Source: an uncultured Pirellulales bacterium (GTDB taxonomy: Bacteria > Planctomycetota > Phycisphaerae > Sedimentisphaerales > SM23-30). From it: a stretch of 64,000 bases of DNA. The notes beneath the pieces are model-generated. The model worked only from the letters and a program-made list of their open reading frames with translations, was not told the origin of the DNA and did no database searches. Shown here piece after piece: positions 20,401-29,056 of this stretch. The stretch covers positions 984 to 64,983 of the forward strand of contig CAYZXY010000011.1 in NCBI GenBank assembly GCA_964482555.1, given 5' to 3'. Each line of letters starts with the position of its first letter. Position 1 is the stretch's first letter. A program made the position numbers and the translations under genes.

Positions 20401-21366
20401 CAGTTGCTGCTGGAAATGGGCAAGTCCCATTTCGTTATATTGCTCCAAAGCGATCTTTGCGGCGGCTAAAGATTCTGTCATCGCTTGGTGGATATCGGTG
20501 GTCCGGGTGCGGGCTTTTATCCAGAGCAGCCGGCCGATACCGGCGGTGATGGCCAGGGTCGAGACGAAAGCGGCAATGCCGGCAGTGAGCGGAGGGATTT
20601 GCGTGATGACGTCAAGCCTGGTGAGCAGAAATGCGATGCCGGCAGCTGCGCCGCTGATGGTGAACAGCAGCAGGAATGGTATAAGACCGGCGAACAGACG
20701 GGCGATGCCGGAGTTGGCCAGGTCTTCAGAGAGCTCGTCCAGCCGCTGTTCCTGTTTTTTGAGGACGGCTTCGGGATTCGGCAGCGGTGTGACTTCGGGA
20801 GCTGGCGTTTCCGTTGTTTCGGGGGCGGGCTGGCGGTAATGACGGATGAGAGCCAGGGCCGTTTCGTAACGCTGGTCGAGTCGCCGGCGGCGGGCCGGGA
20901 TAGATGCGGCGAACTGCTGGCGCTGTTGTTTAAGCTTCTTGCGGGTGCCGTCGGCGACGGTTTCAGCGGTGAGGATATCGTATTCGCATTTTTGTCTGCC
21001 TTCCTGGTCGGCGGCATCAAAATTACTGGAAACGTCGCTGGTATCACGGTCTTTGTGTTTTTGCAGGTCATCGAGTTGATTTTCATAATGGCGGCGGATA
21101 CCGGCGACGGTTGCTTCGTACTGCTGTCTGGCGGCGGTTATGTTTTGCTCACCGGTTTGCTCGATTTCATGGCGGGCATCGGCCATTTCGTTGTCGATGG
21201 CTTTCTGGGCGATGGTGTAGTAGGATTCGACCTGAGCCTGGGCCGGGCCGGCGATTTCTTTGGTCAGCCGGTCGAATTCACGGAGGGCGATTTTCTGCAG
21301 AGCCGCATAATTGTCCGGCACTTGGGGAGCCGGTTCGTTTAGGTAAGTTTCCAGATAGTCTGTCAT
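17458..21366 (-). CDS. FtsK/SpoIIIE-family membrane ATPase, EccC/EssC-like (type VII secretion-like)
   Basis: N-terminal coiled coil, a TM hairpin, a second coiled coil, then RecA-like domains. Intact 'AGKTGSGKST', 'LIDFKKG', 'LLVDEFQ', 'GRAFGIHVILGSQ'. Adjacent to WXG100 genes; GGAGTGAGGA RBS. Confidence 0.88.
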   Translation of the reverse strand: MTDYLETYLNEPAPQVPDNYAALQKIALREFDRLTKEIAGPAQAQVESYYTIAQKAIDNEMADARHEIEQTGEQNITAARQQYEATVAGIRRHYENQLDDLQKHKDRDTSDVSSNFDAADQEGRQKCEYDILTAETVADGTRKKLKQQRQQFAASIPARRRRLDQRYETALALIRHYRQPAPETTETPAPEVTPLPNPEAVLKKQEQRLDELSEDLANSGIARLFAGLIPFLLLFTISGAAAGIAFLLTRLDVITQIPPLTAGIAAFVSTLAITAGIGRLLWIKARTRTTDIHQAMTESLAAAKIALEQYNEMGLAHFQQQLEKVTETKAADINKARAHFEKLNHYLVSQRDDELQKINDQFQQTCNRIKSEYDTELQNAQTGHEETLNRIETKCEQAHQELIQKTSRKTRDLQDRYESARARLHERWQQSLNILKQFQDANAAQPPDVFCNWQDPAWKHWEPPYENHPQYRFGRIELDWSALDDEARQLADFPQNTPLTVPAILSFTDRGSLLLETRRQGREQAIYLLRAVILRLFTTIPPGRVQFTILDPVSLGENFAGFMHAADYVEALVGGRIWTDAAQIQQQLTDLTHHMENVIQKYLRNEFSTIEEYNRRAGELAEPYRYLVIADFPHHFNEDAVRQLSSIINSGPRCGVYTLIAYDARQDMPPELDLDDLAARSVHLKYEENRFVWQDEVYRRFELLQDAPPDEERLTAIMHKVGNAAKDTTRVEVPFATIAPNDDEIWSLSSAKDINIPIGRTGANRLQRLVMGHGVAQHGLLAGKTGSGKSTLLHVIITNLALWYSPEEVELYLIDFKKGVEFKTYVTHRLPHARTIAIESDREFGLSILQRLDAIMTQRGNLFRQAGVQDIAAYRQTTGKKLPRILLLVDEFQIFFTEDDKLSQDAAIYMEQLVRQGRAFGIHVILGSQTLGGSSNLARSTIGQMAIRIALQCSEIDSQIILDDDNTAARLLNRPGEAIYNDAGGMVVGNSPFQISWLSEAQRDGCLARANELLRQQNLEITPPIVFEGNIPADITQNHQLQKLRANPPQKPPQSATAWLGEPVAIKEPTGVKFQSLSGANLMIIGQRDEAALGILAAALVSLAAHHPPQSTRFLILDGSAPDAPTAGKLLELALTLPNNCTMVDWRDAEETISAIHQDMQQRTNAHTGNDAPTTYLLIFGIQRYRMLRRSEDDFGLASLSEENTPKTDKLFAEILRDGPAVGIHTLLWSDTLASLERTFERSTLREFDNRVLFQMSATDSSTLIDSPMANRLGFHRALFFSEEQGLLEKFRPYAFPPLDNF

Positions 21367-21558
21367 ATCCTCACTCCAGGTCCGAGAATAAATAGCTGGG
21401 TAAGAGCTTCTATGATTAATCAGGATAATTATAATTATCGCTTATGTAAATTATAAAATATGTCAGGAGGGTATGTGGTTTTCGCCTGGGCCGGTCGTAA
21501 GTTAAGAGACGCCCTAAAGCATTCCATGGATTTGTATTATGGCAACTGGAGGACTTTA

Positions 21559-21719
21559 GGGCACCTCTAAAAATTCATTTTGGGCTGCAAGCGATCTTTT
21601 TTCCTTCTGGCCTTCGTCATGAAAAACCGTGAATATTCACCCATATGCCCGGTTTTGCATTTCTTGTCAGACGAAAAAAATCTTCGTTTTCGCCTCAAAA
21701 GCAATTATTAGAGGCACCC
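21559..21719. mobile_element. 161-bp MITE with IS-type terminal inverted repeats
   Basis: Left end GGGCACCTCTAAAAATT and right end AATTATTAGAGGCACCC are imperfect inverted repeats (3 mismatches in 17). TTTA flanks both sides (21555-58, 21720-23). No transposase. Confidence 0.75.
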
Positions 21720-21746
21720 TTTAGTGAAAACGGGCCGCAAGCGGTG

Positions 21747-21959
21747 TTACTGGCATTCACGGCGCAAGCGGTCGATAAGGGTGGCTATACGCTCCATGGC
21801 CTGGCTGGTCTTTTTGATTTCAGCTTGCAGGGGGAGGATGTAGTCATTTTCAAACTGCCGGCAGTTATCGTCCTTCCAGATGTTTTTCATTTCGTTCCAG
21901 TGCAGGTCCAGTTTTCTGGCGGCCTGGATCAGTTTCGCATGGCTGTCATCAATGCTCAT
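21747..21959 (-). CDS. Small WXG100-like helical hairpin protein (WKD variant)
   Basis: 70 aa, all-helical pattern with central 'IWKDDNCRQFE'. AGGAG RBS; sits between the FtsK and WXG100 genes. Confidence 0.7.
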   Translation of the reverse strand: MSIDDSHAKLIQAARKLDLHWNEMKNIWKDDNCRQFENDYILPLQAEIKKTSQAMERIATLIDRLRRECQ

Positions 21960-22104
21960 TGTGATTCACTCCTGATTTAGCTCTTATAAGTGGCTTATTG
22001 CACAATCAGGCAATAAAGTTAAGAATGACGAAACCAGTCGGACTTCGGCATTCGAAATTCTGATTAAGTTTTTCAGGTATCACCGGCGGGGATACGAATT
22101 TTTA

Positions 22105-23148
22105 TTAATCTTCTGGCAGACAATTGACGTCGTCCGCATTGAAAACGGCTATAAGCCGGCCCTGTTCCAGGACGATCAGGAAGCCGGCGGGTAATTTTAA
22201 CAGGTCCATGAAATCGAGCCTGAGCGTCAGAATATCCTTGACAGTACAGGCCTGATAAGCGGCGTGTGTTGCTTTATCGGCGTCAGCGATAAACCAGCCG
22301 CTGTCGTTGGGGCTTGCAGTTGCGATGCGTTCCAGGTAAATCGTGCCGCCGGGTGCCGGGAGATCGGCCAGGATGATTTTGTAGCCCGGTGCGAGCGGCT
22401 GCCTGACGGCGGTCAGGCGATTTATGAGGTCACGGTCTTTATTGTCAAGGCGGACAAGACCGAGATCGGATTGCCGAAGGGCATCGAGAGTGATTTGCTG
22501 CCGCTGCGATACAGAAGGGGTTAACACCCGCAGATTGAGGAAACGGCTCAGCGGATCGCCGGTATCATCGGCAGGGGGTGCCTCAGGACCTTCCGGGGTG
22601 GTGGTGGAGACACTTTGGGATTCGTTGATGCCGGCGGTCGGATCGGCCGCCGCAGCGGGAGGGGCGACGATAAGGTATTGCTCAAGCGAACGCATCATGT
22701 TTTCCAGGCGGGCCAGGGCGTTGGGGATTTCCGAATCGATGAAACCGGCCAGCCCCTGCATCTGCCCCCGGCAGGTGAAGATTTCAGTTTCAAGTTGAGC
22801 CGTGTAGGTTTTGATGCGCTCGTTTTTCTGTTCAGCCTTCTGCAGCTGCCTTTCGGCCTGAGCGAGGGCTTTTTTTTCGTCGATATAGGAATACTGGCCG
22901 CCAATGGGTGATTGCTCGAGGTCTTGTTTGCGTTTGAGGTTCAAGCGGGCCTGTTCGTATTTCTCGCGGCGGAGCCGAAGCTGATTTTTCCAGTAGCGGG
23001 CCCGGTCCTGGGTCAGCCAGAGCGTCGCCTGCTGCATGTCGGCCATGGTTTCATCCAGGGCGGCCATGGCCGTGTCGGAGAAAACGGACAGCGTGTTTTT
23101 CAGCTCTTGGAGCTTTTCGATAGAATATATGCGGGCGTGATCAACCAT
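22105..23148 (-). CDS. Helical-bundle protein with C-terminal Imm33/DUF2185-like domain
   Basis: About 160-aa coiled-coil N-terminus, a Pro/Ala/Thr-rich linker, and a C-terminus 'YLER....NDSGWFI...ILTLRLDFMDLLKLPAG' resembling Imm33. Confidence 0.65.
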   Translation of the reverse strand: MVDHARIYSIEKLQELKNTLSVFSDTAMAALDETMADMQQATLWLTQDRARYWKNQLRLRREKYEQARLNLKRKQDLEQSPIGGQYSYIDEKKALAQAERQLQKAEQKNERIKTYTAQLETEIFTCRGQMQGLAGFIDSEIPNALARLENMMRSLEQYLIVAPPAAAADPTAGINESQSVSTTTPEGPEAPPADDTGDPLSRFLNLRVLTPSVSQRQQITLDALRQSDLGLVRLDNKDRDLINRLTAVRQPLAPGYKIILADLPAPGGTIYLERIATASPNDSGWFIADADKATHAAYQACTVKDILTLRLDFMDLLKLPAGFLIVLEQGRLIAVFNADDVNCLPED

Positions 23149-23273
23149 GAGGGAATGTCAAGATAACAAAGTAGTTGATATATTTTTAAGTCATCAAGTC
23201 GTAATTGGCCATTACGCCAGGGCACTCGTTCGGGAAACAGGTTAACAACACTCTTGTGATTTCGAATGTTTGC

Positions 23274-23546
23274 TTATCGCTGCTGGAGATATTCTTCGAT
23301 CAGGTGTGCTTTTTTGGTCAGGAACGACACGTGGCGGGTGGACGATTCCAAAAAGCGGCTCAGGGTTTTCATGGTTTGTTCAAATTCGGCGGAGAATTTG
23401 CGCTGTTCCTGATCCTGCCAGGTTTTTTCTAGATTACGCATTCGCTGATGCAGACCGTTGGTCAGGGTTTCCAGTTCGGTATTGAACCGGTGCAGGTCGC
23501 GGGCAAATCGTCTCAGTTCGGCCGGGTCAACATTGGCTTTACTCAT
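23274..23546 (-). CDS. WXG100-family protein (EsxA-like, WQD variant)
   Basis: 90 aa 'MSKANVDPAELRRFARDL...TWQDQEQRKFSAEF...IEEY'. Typical 'VDP.EL' start and central W-x-D; no signal peptide. Confidence 0.88.
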   Translation of the reverse strand: MSKANVDPAELRRFARDLHRFNTELETLTNGLHQRMRNLEKTWQDQEQRKFSAEFEQTMKTLSRFLESSTRHVSFLTKKAHLIEEYLQQR

Positions 23547-23770
23547 GTCCAGTTCCTGAAGCGAGGTAAAGGTATCAATTTTGAGAAAAACATTCCACAT
23601 TTATTTTATCATATCGCAATAAAAATGGCAAACAATTTGTATAACGATTCCAGAGAGGACAATATTGCGGCAATATTTTACAATCTATTGCATTAGCAGG
23701 AGTTAAAGGATAAAATATAGCAATAACCATTACATGCCATGATAGCAGTTATACGTTTCCGGAGCCAGCC

Positions 23771-24793
23771 TTGAAGTCAGATCAAACCCGTCTCCAGATT
23801 TTCTCCTCGCATGACGAATCCGTCGAGCAGCAGAACTCGTCTATTTTTGCATTTGACAGCAAGTGGTCAACAGAGCAGATCGATAATGTGCTGGGATGGG
23901 GGGCGTCGCTTATTATCCATGTTATCATCGTACTGACGTTGTTTTATTTGTCCTGGCCGGGCCGTCCTGTTTTGCCATCGGGGCCAGCAGAAGTCGGTCT
24001 GGTCATGGAGCCAACGGGTAATGAGGATGCTTTTAATTCGGCTTCCGAAGGCTTCGAGGCGATTAGAATAAATCCAGTGGATGTAGCTGAATCTTTGCCA
24101 GAAGTTGATCTGCAGATGGATGATATGACGCTGGAAATGACGCAGGCCATTCCGCAGGAGACTACGGAACAGGATGAGATGAATCCGGCTGATATGCCGG
24201 GGGAAGATTTTTCGCCGTTGGCGATGGGCGATCCGGAAGGATTGATGGTTGGCGGCGGCCGCGCTGTCGGCGGCACGGCCAGCTTTTTCGGTTTGCAGGT
24301 CAAGGGGCAGAAGTTTGTTTATGTCGTCGATTATTCCGGCAGTATGACGGGATTGAAACTGCAGCGGGCTAAACAGGAAATTGTACGTTCACTGTATTCT
24401 CTGGACAGCAACATGGAGTTCTTCATAATTTTTTATGATAATGGATATATGACCATGCCCGGCGACAAATTGATGCCGGCGACCGATATGAACAAACAGC
24501 GTTACGCGAATTGGCTGCTTGAAGTTCGTGGCGGGGGCGGGACCGATCCGACCGGAGCGATGATGAAAGCGTTATCGCTGGGCCCGGATGCCGTGTGGCT
24601 GCTTTCGGACGGCCGCTTTGATCCAGTGGTGTGCGACGTCATACAACGAGCCAACGCCGTGCGTAAAGTGCGCATTAATACCATTGCTTATCATGACGAC
24701 AGCAGCGAGCAGCAATTGCGTCTGATAGCCCAGCAGAGCCAGGGGCAGTTCCGGTTTGTCCCGGCGCCGGCAGGCTGGCGCGGCCGTAGATGA
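23771..24793 (+). CDS. Membrane-anchored VWA-domain protein
   Basis: TM 'SLIIHVIIVL' (TonB-anchor-like SxxxH), acidic linker, 'ASFFG', MIDAS 'VVDYSGSM', 'GGT', 'LLSDG'. Confidence 0.85.
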   Translation: MKSDQTRLQIFSSHDESVEQQNSSIFAFDSKWSTEQIDNVLGWGASLIIHVIIVLTLFYLSWPGRPVLPSGPAEVGLVMEPTGNEDAFNSASEGFEAIRINPVDVAESLPEVDLQMDDMTLEMTQAIPQETTEQDEMNPADMPGEDFSPLAMGDPEGLMVGGGRAVGGTASFFGLQVKGQKFVYVVDYSGSMTGLKLQRAKQEIVRSLYSLDSNMEFFIIFYDNGYMTMPGDKLMPATDMNKQRYANWLLEVRGGGGTDPTGAMMKALSLGPDAVWLLSDGRFDPVVCDVIQRANAVRKVRINTIAYHDDSSEQQLRLIAQQSQGQFRFVPAPAGWRGRR

Positions 24794-24839
24794 ATCGTTT
24801 GCAGAAAAAGAAATGAATACGTGTATCTGGAGTACTTTT

Positions 24840-25592
24840 ATGCGAAAGCTGATAATTCTGGGATTGGCGTCAGGCATTATTCTGGGAGGTATGTTTGCGG
24901 GTTATTCGCCCCTGAGGGGTCAGGAAGACGCGTTGCCGGAGACGGCAGCCGCGGCGGAGAGCCATGATATTTCGCTGTGGCAGGTGGTGCAATCAGGCGG
25001 CATGGTGGGATACCTGATTCTGGTGATGTCGCTGGCGGCGCTGGCACTGATTATACGGAACTTTATCACGCTGCAGCGGCGACGGCTGCTGCCGGACCCG
25101 CTGGAAGCAGAATTGGAGGAACTGCTGCAAAAGCATGAGTATGAGCAGGCCCGGCAGGTGTGCGGGGATAATCCTTCGTTTCTGGCGCATGTGATCGGTG
25201 CGGGCCTGACGCAGGTGGGCTCGATGTTTGGCTTTTTTGATATGCAGAACGCGATGCAGGAGACCAGTGAGCGGGAGATTTCCCGTTTGTATCGAAAACT
25301 GGAATATCTGGCGTTTATCGCCTCGACCGCGCCGATGCTGGGATTGCTGGGGACGGTGTTGGGTATGATCAAGGCATTTAATGAAATTTCGCTGTCTGAG
25401 GGGGCGGCGCAGCCGTCGCAGCTGGCGGGCGGTATATCCGAAGCGCTGGTGACAACGTGTCTGGGGCTGATTGTGGCGATTCCCACGATGTTTTTCGTTG
25501 CATTTTTCCGCAACCGGATCGATTCGACCGTTTCGGAGGCGGAGATAGTCGTCGAGAAATTAATGGGCCGCTTTCGCCGTCAGAGTGTGTAA
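24840..25592 (+). CDS. exbB: MotA/TolQ/ExbB proton channel protein
   Basis: 'APMLGLLGTVLGMIKAF', 'LAGGISEALVTTCLGLIVAIP'. Confidence 0.92.
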   Translation: MRKLIILGLASGIILGGMFAGYSPLRGQEDALPETAAAAESHDISLWQVVQSGGMVGYLILVMSLAALALIIRNFITLQRRRLLPDPLEAELEELLQKHEYEQARQVCGDNPSFLAHVIGAGLTQVGSMFGFFDMQNAMQETSEREISRLYRKLEYLAFIASTAPMLGLLGTVLGMIKAFNEISLSEGAAQPSQLAGGISEALVTTCLGLIVAIPTMFFVAFFRNRIDSTVSEAEIVVEKLMGRFRRQSV

Positions 25593-25635
25593 TAATCGCT
25601 CGTTTCTATTCGAATCTAAGACAGAGTGAAACATC

Positions 25636-26070
25636 ATGCGTTTACGAAAAACGTTTCATCGACCAGGATATCAGATCAACATTGCACCGCTGATTGATGT
25701 GGTGTTTCTGCTGATTGTGTTTTTTCTGGTCGTATCCCAGTTTACCCGTATCGAGGTTGAGCCGCTGGAATTACCACAGGCCCGGACGGAGACTAAGGAC
25801 ACATCTCCGGCGCCACGACCGGTTATTGTCAATATCGACCGGGACGGGATCATCATGGTTGCCGGCGTCACACATTCGGAAGGGTCGTTTGGGTACCTTT
25901 TGCAGGAGCATCTTGAAAGGTCAAATGCTGGTGATGTGTCGGTGCTGGTGCGGGCCGATCGCATGAGCGATTGGGGTGTCGTCCGGCAGGTGATGGCGCA
26001 ATGCGCCCGCAAAGGCATCTATCGTGTGAAGGTTGCCGCGTTGGAAGAAAAACCAGCTGCGGAAGAATAA
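25636..26070 (+). CDS. exbD: ExbD/TolR family protein
   Basis: 'INIAPLIDVVFLLIVFF', 'LPQA', 'VRAD'. Confidence 0.92.
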   Translation: MRLRKTFHRPGYQINIAPLIDVVFLLIVFFLVVSQFTRIEVEPLELPQARTETKDTSPAPRPVIVNIDRDGIIMVAGVTHSEGSFGYLLQEHLERSNAGDVSVLVRADRMSDWGVVRQVMAQCARKGIYRVKVAALEEKPAAEE

Positions 26071-26093
26071 ATGTGATACTGAGATAATGTAAG

Positions 26094-26519
26094 ATGTTAT
26101 TAACGAGACAGAAAAGAAAAACAATTCCGCCCGAATTGAATATGGCGGCCATGATTGATGTAGTGTTTCTGCTGTTGATATTTTTCATGTGCACCAGTTC
26201 TTTGCAGCATCCGGAGCGGAAACTGTTGGCATGGCTGCCGCAGTCGTCGCAGGCTTCGGAGCCGGTCAGCGATTTTGAACCTGTGGTTATTACGGTGACA
26301 GGCGGGCCCGGGGCGGCCGTACTTGAATGTGATGGTGTGCCCTGTACAGGTATAAGGGAACTGCGTCGGGAATTGCGGCTACGACGGCAGGTGGCCGATA
26401 TGCCGGTAATTATACGGGGCGATGAGGGCGTTCCTTTTGAACTGATGGTGGATGTAATGGATATTTGCTATGAGGAAGAATTTCAGCAGGTGGCATATGC
26501 CGTCCGCGTTTTTGAATAG
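26094..26519 (+). CDS. exbD: ExbD/TolR family protein (second copy)
   Basis: 'LNMAAMIDVVFLLLIFFM', 'IIRGDEGVPF'. Confidence 0.9.
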   Translation: MLLTRQKRKTIPPELNMAAMIDVVFLLLIFFMCTSSLQHPERKLLAWLPQSSQASEPVSDFEPVVITVTGGPGAAVLECDGVPCTGIRELRRELRLRRQVADMPVIIRGDEGVPFELMVDVMDICYEEEFQQVAYAVRVFE

Positions 26520-26524
26520 CTGTT

Positions 26525-29056
26525 ATGAGTTGTTTTCGTAATATATTGTGTAAAGCGTGGCGCCGGGGAAGCCGCTGGTTCATATTATTTTGCTGGGTGA
26601 TAGCGTTGGTGATATGCTGTTGTGGGGCGGATAATATTAAGACGGAGCAGACGCCCGATCAGCTCGAAGAAGCCATCTCCCGTCAGCTTGGCGAGGTATT
26701 AAACATGTCGGATTATGCTGCCGCCGAAAAGGCGGTCGCAGCCGTGAACCGGCAGATTGAGGAGGCGGAGCGTCTGGACGAACTTGCCGTTGCGTTTCTG
26801 CGGGCTCAGGTTATGCAGGTGCGCGGCCGTATTCGACTGGTGCACTGGCGGGAAGGTGAGCATCGGGAGAACGATCGTCGCCTGGCGTATGAGGATCTGA
26901 CGGCGGCGCGGGAAGGCATGCAGGCCGTGTGGGAACAGAGCGATGAAGAACTAAAGGTTCTGCGGGAAAAGTATCGTTCCAATGCCCCCAAACAAAGTCG
27001 TTGGCGCCAGCTGCAGAATTATCTCAGCCGTATTCATTATACGAAGGCCTGGATCGATTATTCGCTGGGATTGCTGATTCCAAAAGAACAGGCCCCGGAA
27101 AAACATTTCCGCAGGGCGATGAACACCTTCGAAACGTTTACCAGCGACGGCTATCAGCCGCATCCGGTGGTGGCGGACTGCTTTTTGGGCGTGGGGTTGT
27201 GTTTATATGAGCTGGGCGAGCATCAACGTATTCTGGAACTGCTGAATGTAAACAGGGTGACGCCGGATAATACGCCGGTGCGTATCTTCCGGCGGATGAC
27301 ACGGCTGCGGATCAAGGCCGCACAGGCGATTCCTTCTCATTTACACGTAATTAACGCGGCGCAACAGTATCTGGAGTCTTTGCCGGCGGAGAGCGGTATG
27401 TCGGCGGGGGATTTGCAACTGTCGTTGGCGTGGGCTAAGAGCATCAAGGTTTTTTTGAGTTCGTCAGTTCCTCAGGCATACCGTGAAAGTCTTTTTCATC
27501 AGCGCCGTCGGCTTATCATGATGGTGTATTCTTATGGTGATGCCTGGCGAGAGGCGCTGCTGCAAGAGCTGGAACCGATTGAAACACCAGATGTTCTGAC
27601 GGAGCTTTTACAAAGTCGTGTCCATTTTTCCCGGCAGGAGTATGTACCAGCTCTGAAGGCCGCTGTGAATTGTCTGGAACGGGGGGAAGGATCATTGCCG
27701 GCGGCGTATTTGCCGGATTTGTATTTTCTCCATGCGGCATCGAACTGGAATCTCCAGCATTGGCAAGCGGCATATATATCCGCGAGGGCCTTTGTCGTTA
27801 AGTTTCCCGACGACGACCGACGCGGTCGCATGGGATCCATTGTTTTGCAGGGCGGCTATCGGGCGTTGCAGGCGAATCAGGTTTCTGCGGATGAATTTCA
27901 AAACGCTTTGAGGGAAATGAAGGAATTTGCCTGGCCGGACGACATGAAAGATGCCATGACATGGTATGAAGCGAAAACGCTGCTGGACCGGAAGTTGTAT
28001 GAAAATGCCTTACAGGTTCTGGAAACCATTGAAAAGAGCTCTTTACAGTTTTCTTTAGCGTTGTATGGCTGTGCTCTCGCCCATTTTGAGCGGGCGGTCC
28101 TGCTGATTAAGCGGCATGGAGATGAAGCGGTCTACCGGGATCGGATTCTTTTGCATCTGAATGACACGATAACAAATCTGGAAACGTTTATCGCTCTGGG
28201 AGCGGAGACGGATTCGGAATCGCTTCGTCAGGGGATGTTGACGATCGGGTTGGCCGCGGCTCAGACCGCTCTGACTCTTGATCCGCCGGCGTATGAACCG
28301 GCTCAAAAGGCGGTGCACGTGCTCGAAACTGACTTATCCTCCGAGCAAGAGTTCGCCGGGCAGCGGCAGGCTCTCAAGCTGGCTGCATTTGCCCGGGAGG
28401 ATATTGAGGCGACCTGCGAAGCGATTATGGAAATCATCGAAGAGCGTGCGGATGAAGAACCATTCCTGCGGGCCCTGATAACGATAGCCAATATTTATGA
28501 GCAGGCCGTTCGTGAGGATGCCGGCGCTTTAGGTACATCAACCATGGAAAAGGTGAATCAGTGTCTGCTGGCTGTTTATGAATATCTGTCGGGCATCGAG
28601 AGAGTAAACCGGTTCAGTGAAGGGCTGGATGAGTATGCCCTGCGAAAGAGAACGGCCGATGTGATGATGCGGCTGGGCCAGTATGATTTTGCCGCTGCCC
28701 ATTATGAATGGCTTATGAAACAGTCCCGTCGAGGCGACACCGCCACCATCGAACGGGAACTGGCGCTGGCATATACTATGACGCAGGACTATAAAGCGTC
28801 GTTGACGTATTGGCGCCGTCTGACGCGCATTCGGCCCGGTGGATCTGCCGGCTGGTTCGAGGGGTATTACTATATGATTAAGGCATATCGGCATCTCGAT
28901 CAGCACGATAAGGCGGTTCAGTTGTTGAATTATGTCCGGCTTCGTTATCCGGATATCGAGAACGAAACATGGCGTGAGGCTTTTATGCGTCTGAGTGAGG
29001 AAATAATGATTGCACAGCCAGCTGAAACCGGTGACTCAAAGGAAGATAGACCATGA
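26525..29056 (+). CDS. Large exported TPR/alpha-solenoid protein
   Basis: Hydrophobic N-terminus with Cys, helical repeats, C-terminal 'GWFEGYYY...LRYPD'. Confidence 0.7.
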   Translation: MSCFRNILCKAWRRGSRWFILFCWVIALVICCCGADNIKTEQTPDQLEEAISRQLGEVLNMSDYAAAEKAVAAVNRQIEEAERLDELAVAFLRAQVMQVRGRIRLVHWREGEHRENDRRLAYEDLTAAREGMQAVWEQSDEELKVLREKYRSNAPKQSRWRQLQNYLSRIHYTKAWIDYSLGLLIPKEQAPEKHFRRAMNTFETFTSDGYQPHPVVADCFLGVGLCLYELGEHQRILELLNVNRVTPDNTPVRIFRRMTRLRIKAAQAIPSHLHVINAAQQYLESLPAESGMSAGDLQLSLAWAKSIKVFLSSSVPQAYRESLFHQRRRLIMMVYSYGDAWREALLQELEPIETPDVLTELLQSRVHFSRQEYVPALKAAVNCLERGEGSLPAAYLPDLYFLHAASNWNLQHWQAAYISARAFVVKFPDDDRRGRMGSIVLQGGYRALQANQVSADEFQNALREMKEFAWPDDMKDAMTWYEAKTLLDRKLYENALQVLETIEKSSLQFSLALYGCALAHFERAVLLIKRHGDEAVYRDRILLHLNDTITNLETFIALGAETDSESLRQGMLTIGLAAAQTALTLDPPAYEPAQKAVHVLETDLSSEQEFAGQRQALKLAAFAREDIEATCEAIMEIIEERADEEPFLRALITIANIYEQAVREDAGALGTSTMEKVNQCLLAVYEYLSGIERVNRFSEGLDEYALRKRTADVMMRLGQYDFAAAHYEWLMKQSRRGDTATIERELALAYTMTQDYKASLTYWRRLTRIRPGGSAGWFEGYYYMIKAYRHLDQHDKAVQLLNYVRLRYPDIENETWREAFMRLSEEIMIAQPAETGDSKEDRP

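Noticed and set aside
17458-21366. Cell-division FtsK or conjugative coupling protein
   Set aside because: No gamma domain, and no relaxase or T4SS genes nearby; the tandem RecA domains and WXG100 neighbours fit EccC/EssC better.
21645-21980. 111-aa + strand ORF as a transposase fragment
   Set aside because: It starts inside the MITE and runs antisense to the small WXG100-like gene; no DDE motifs.
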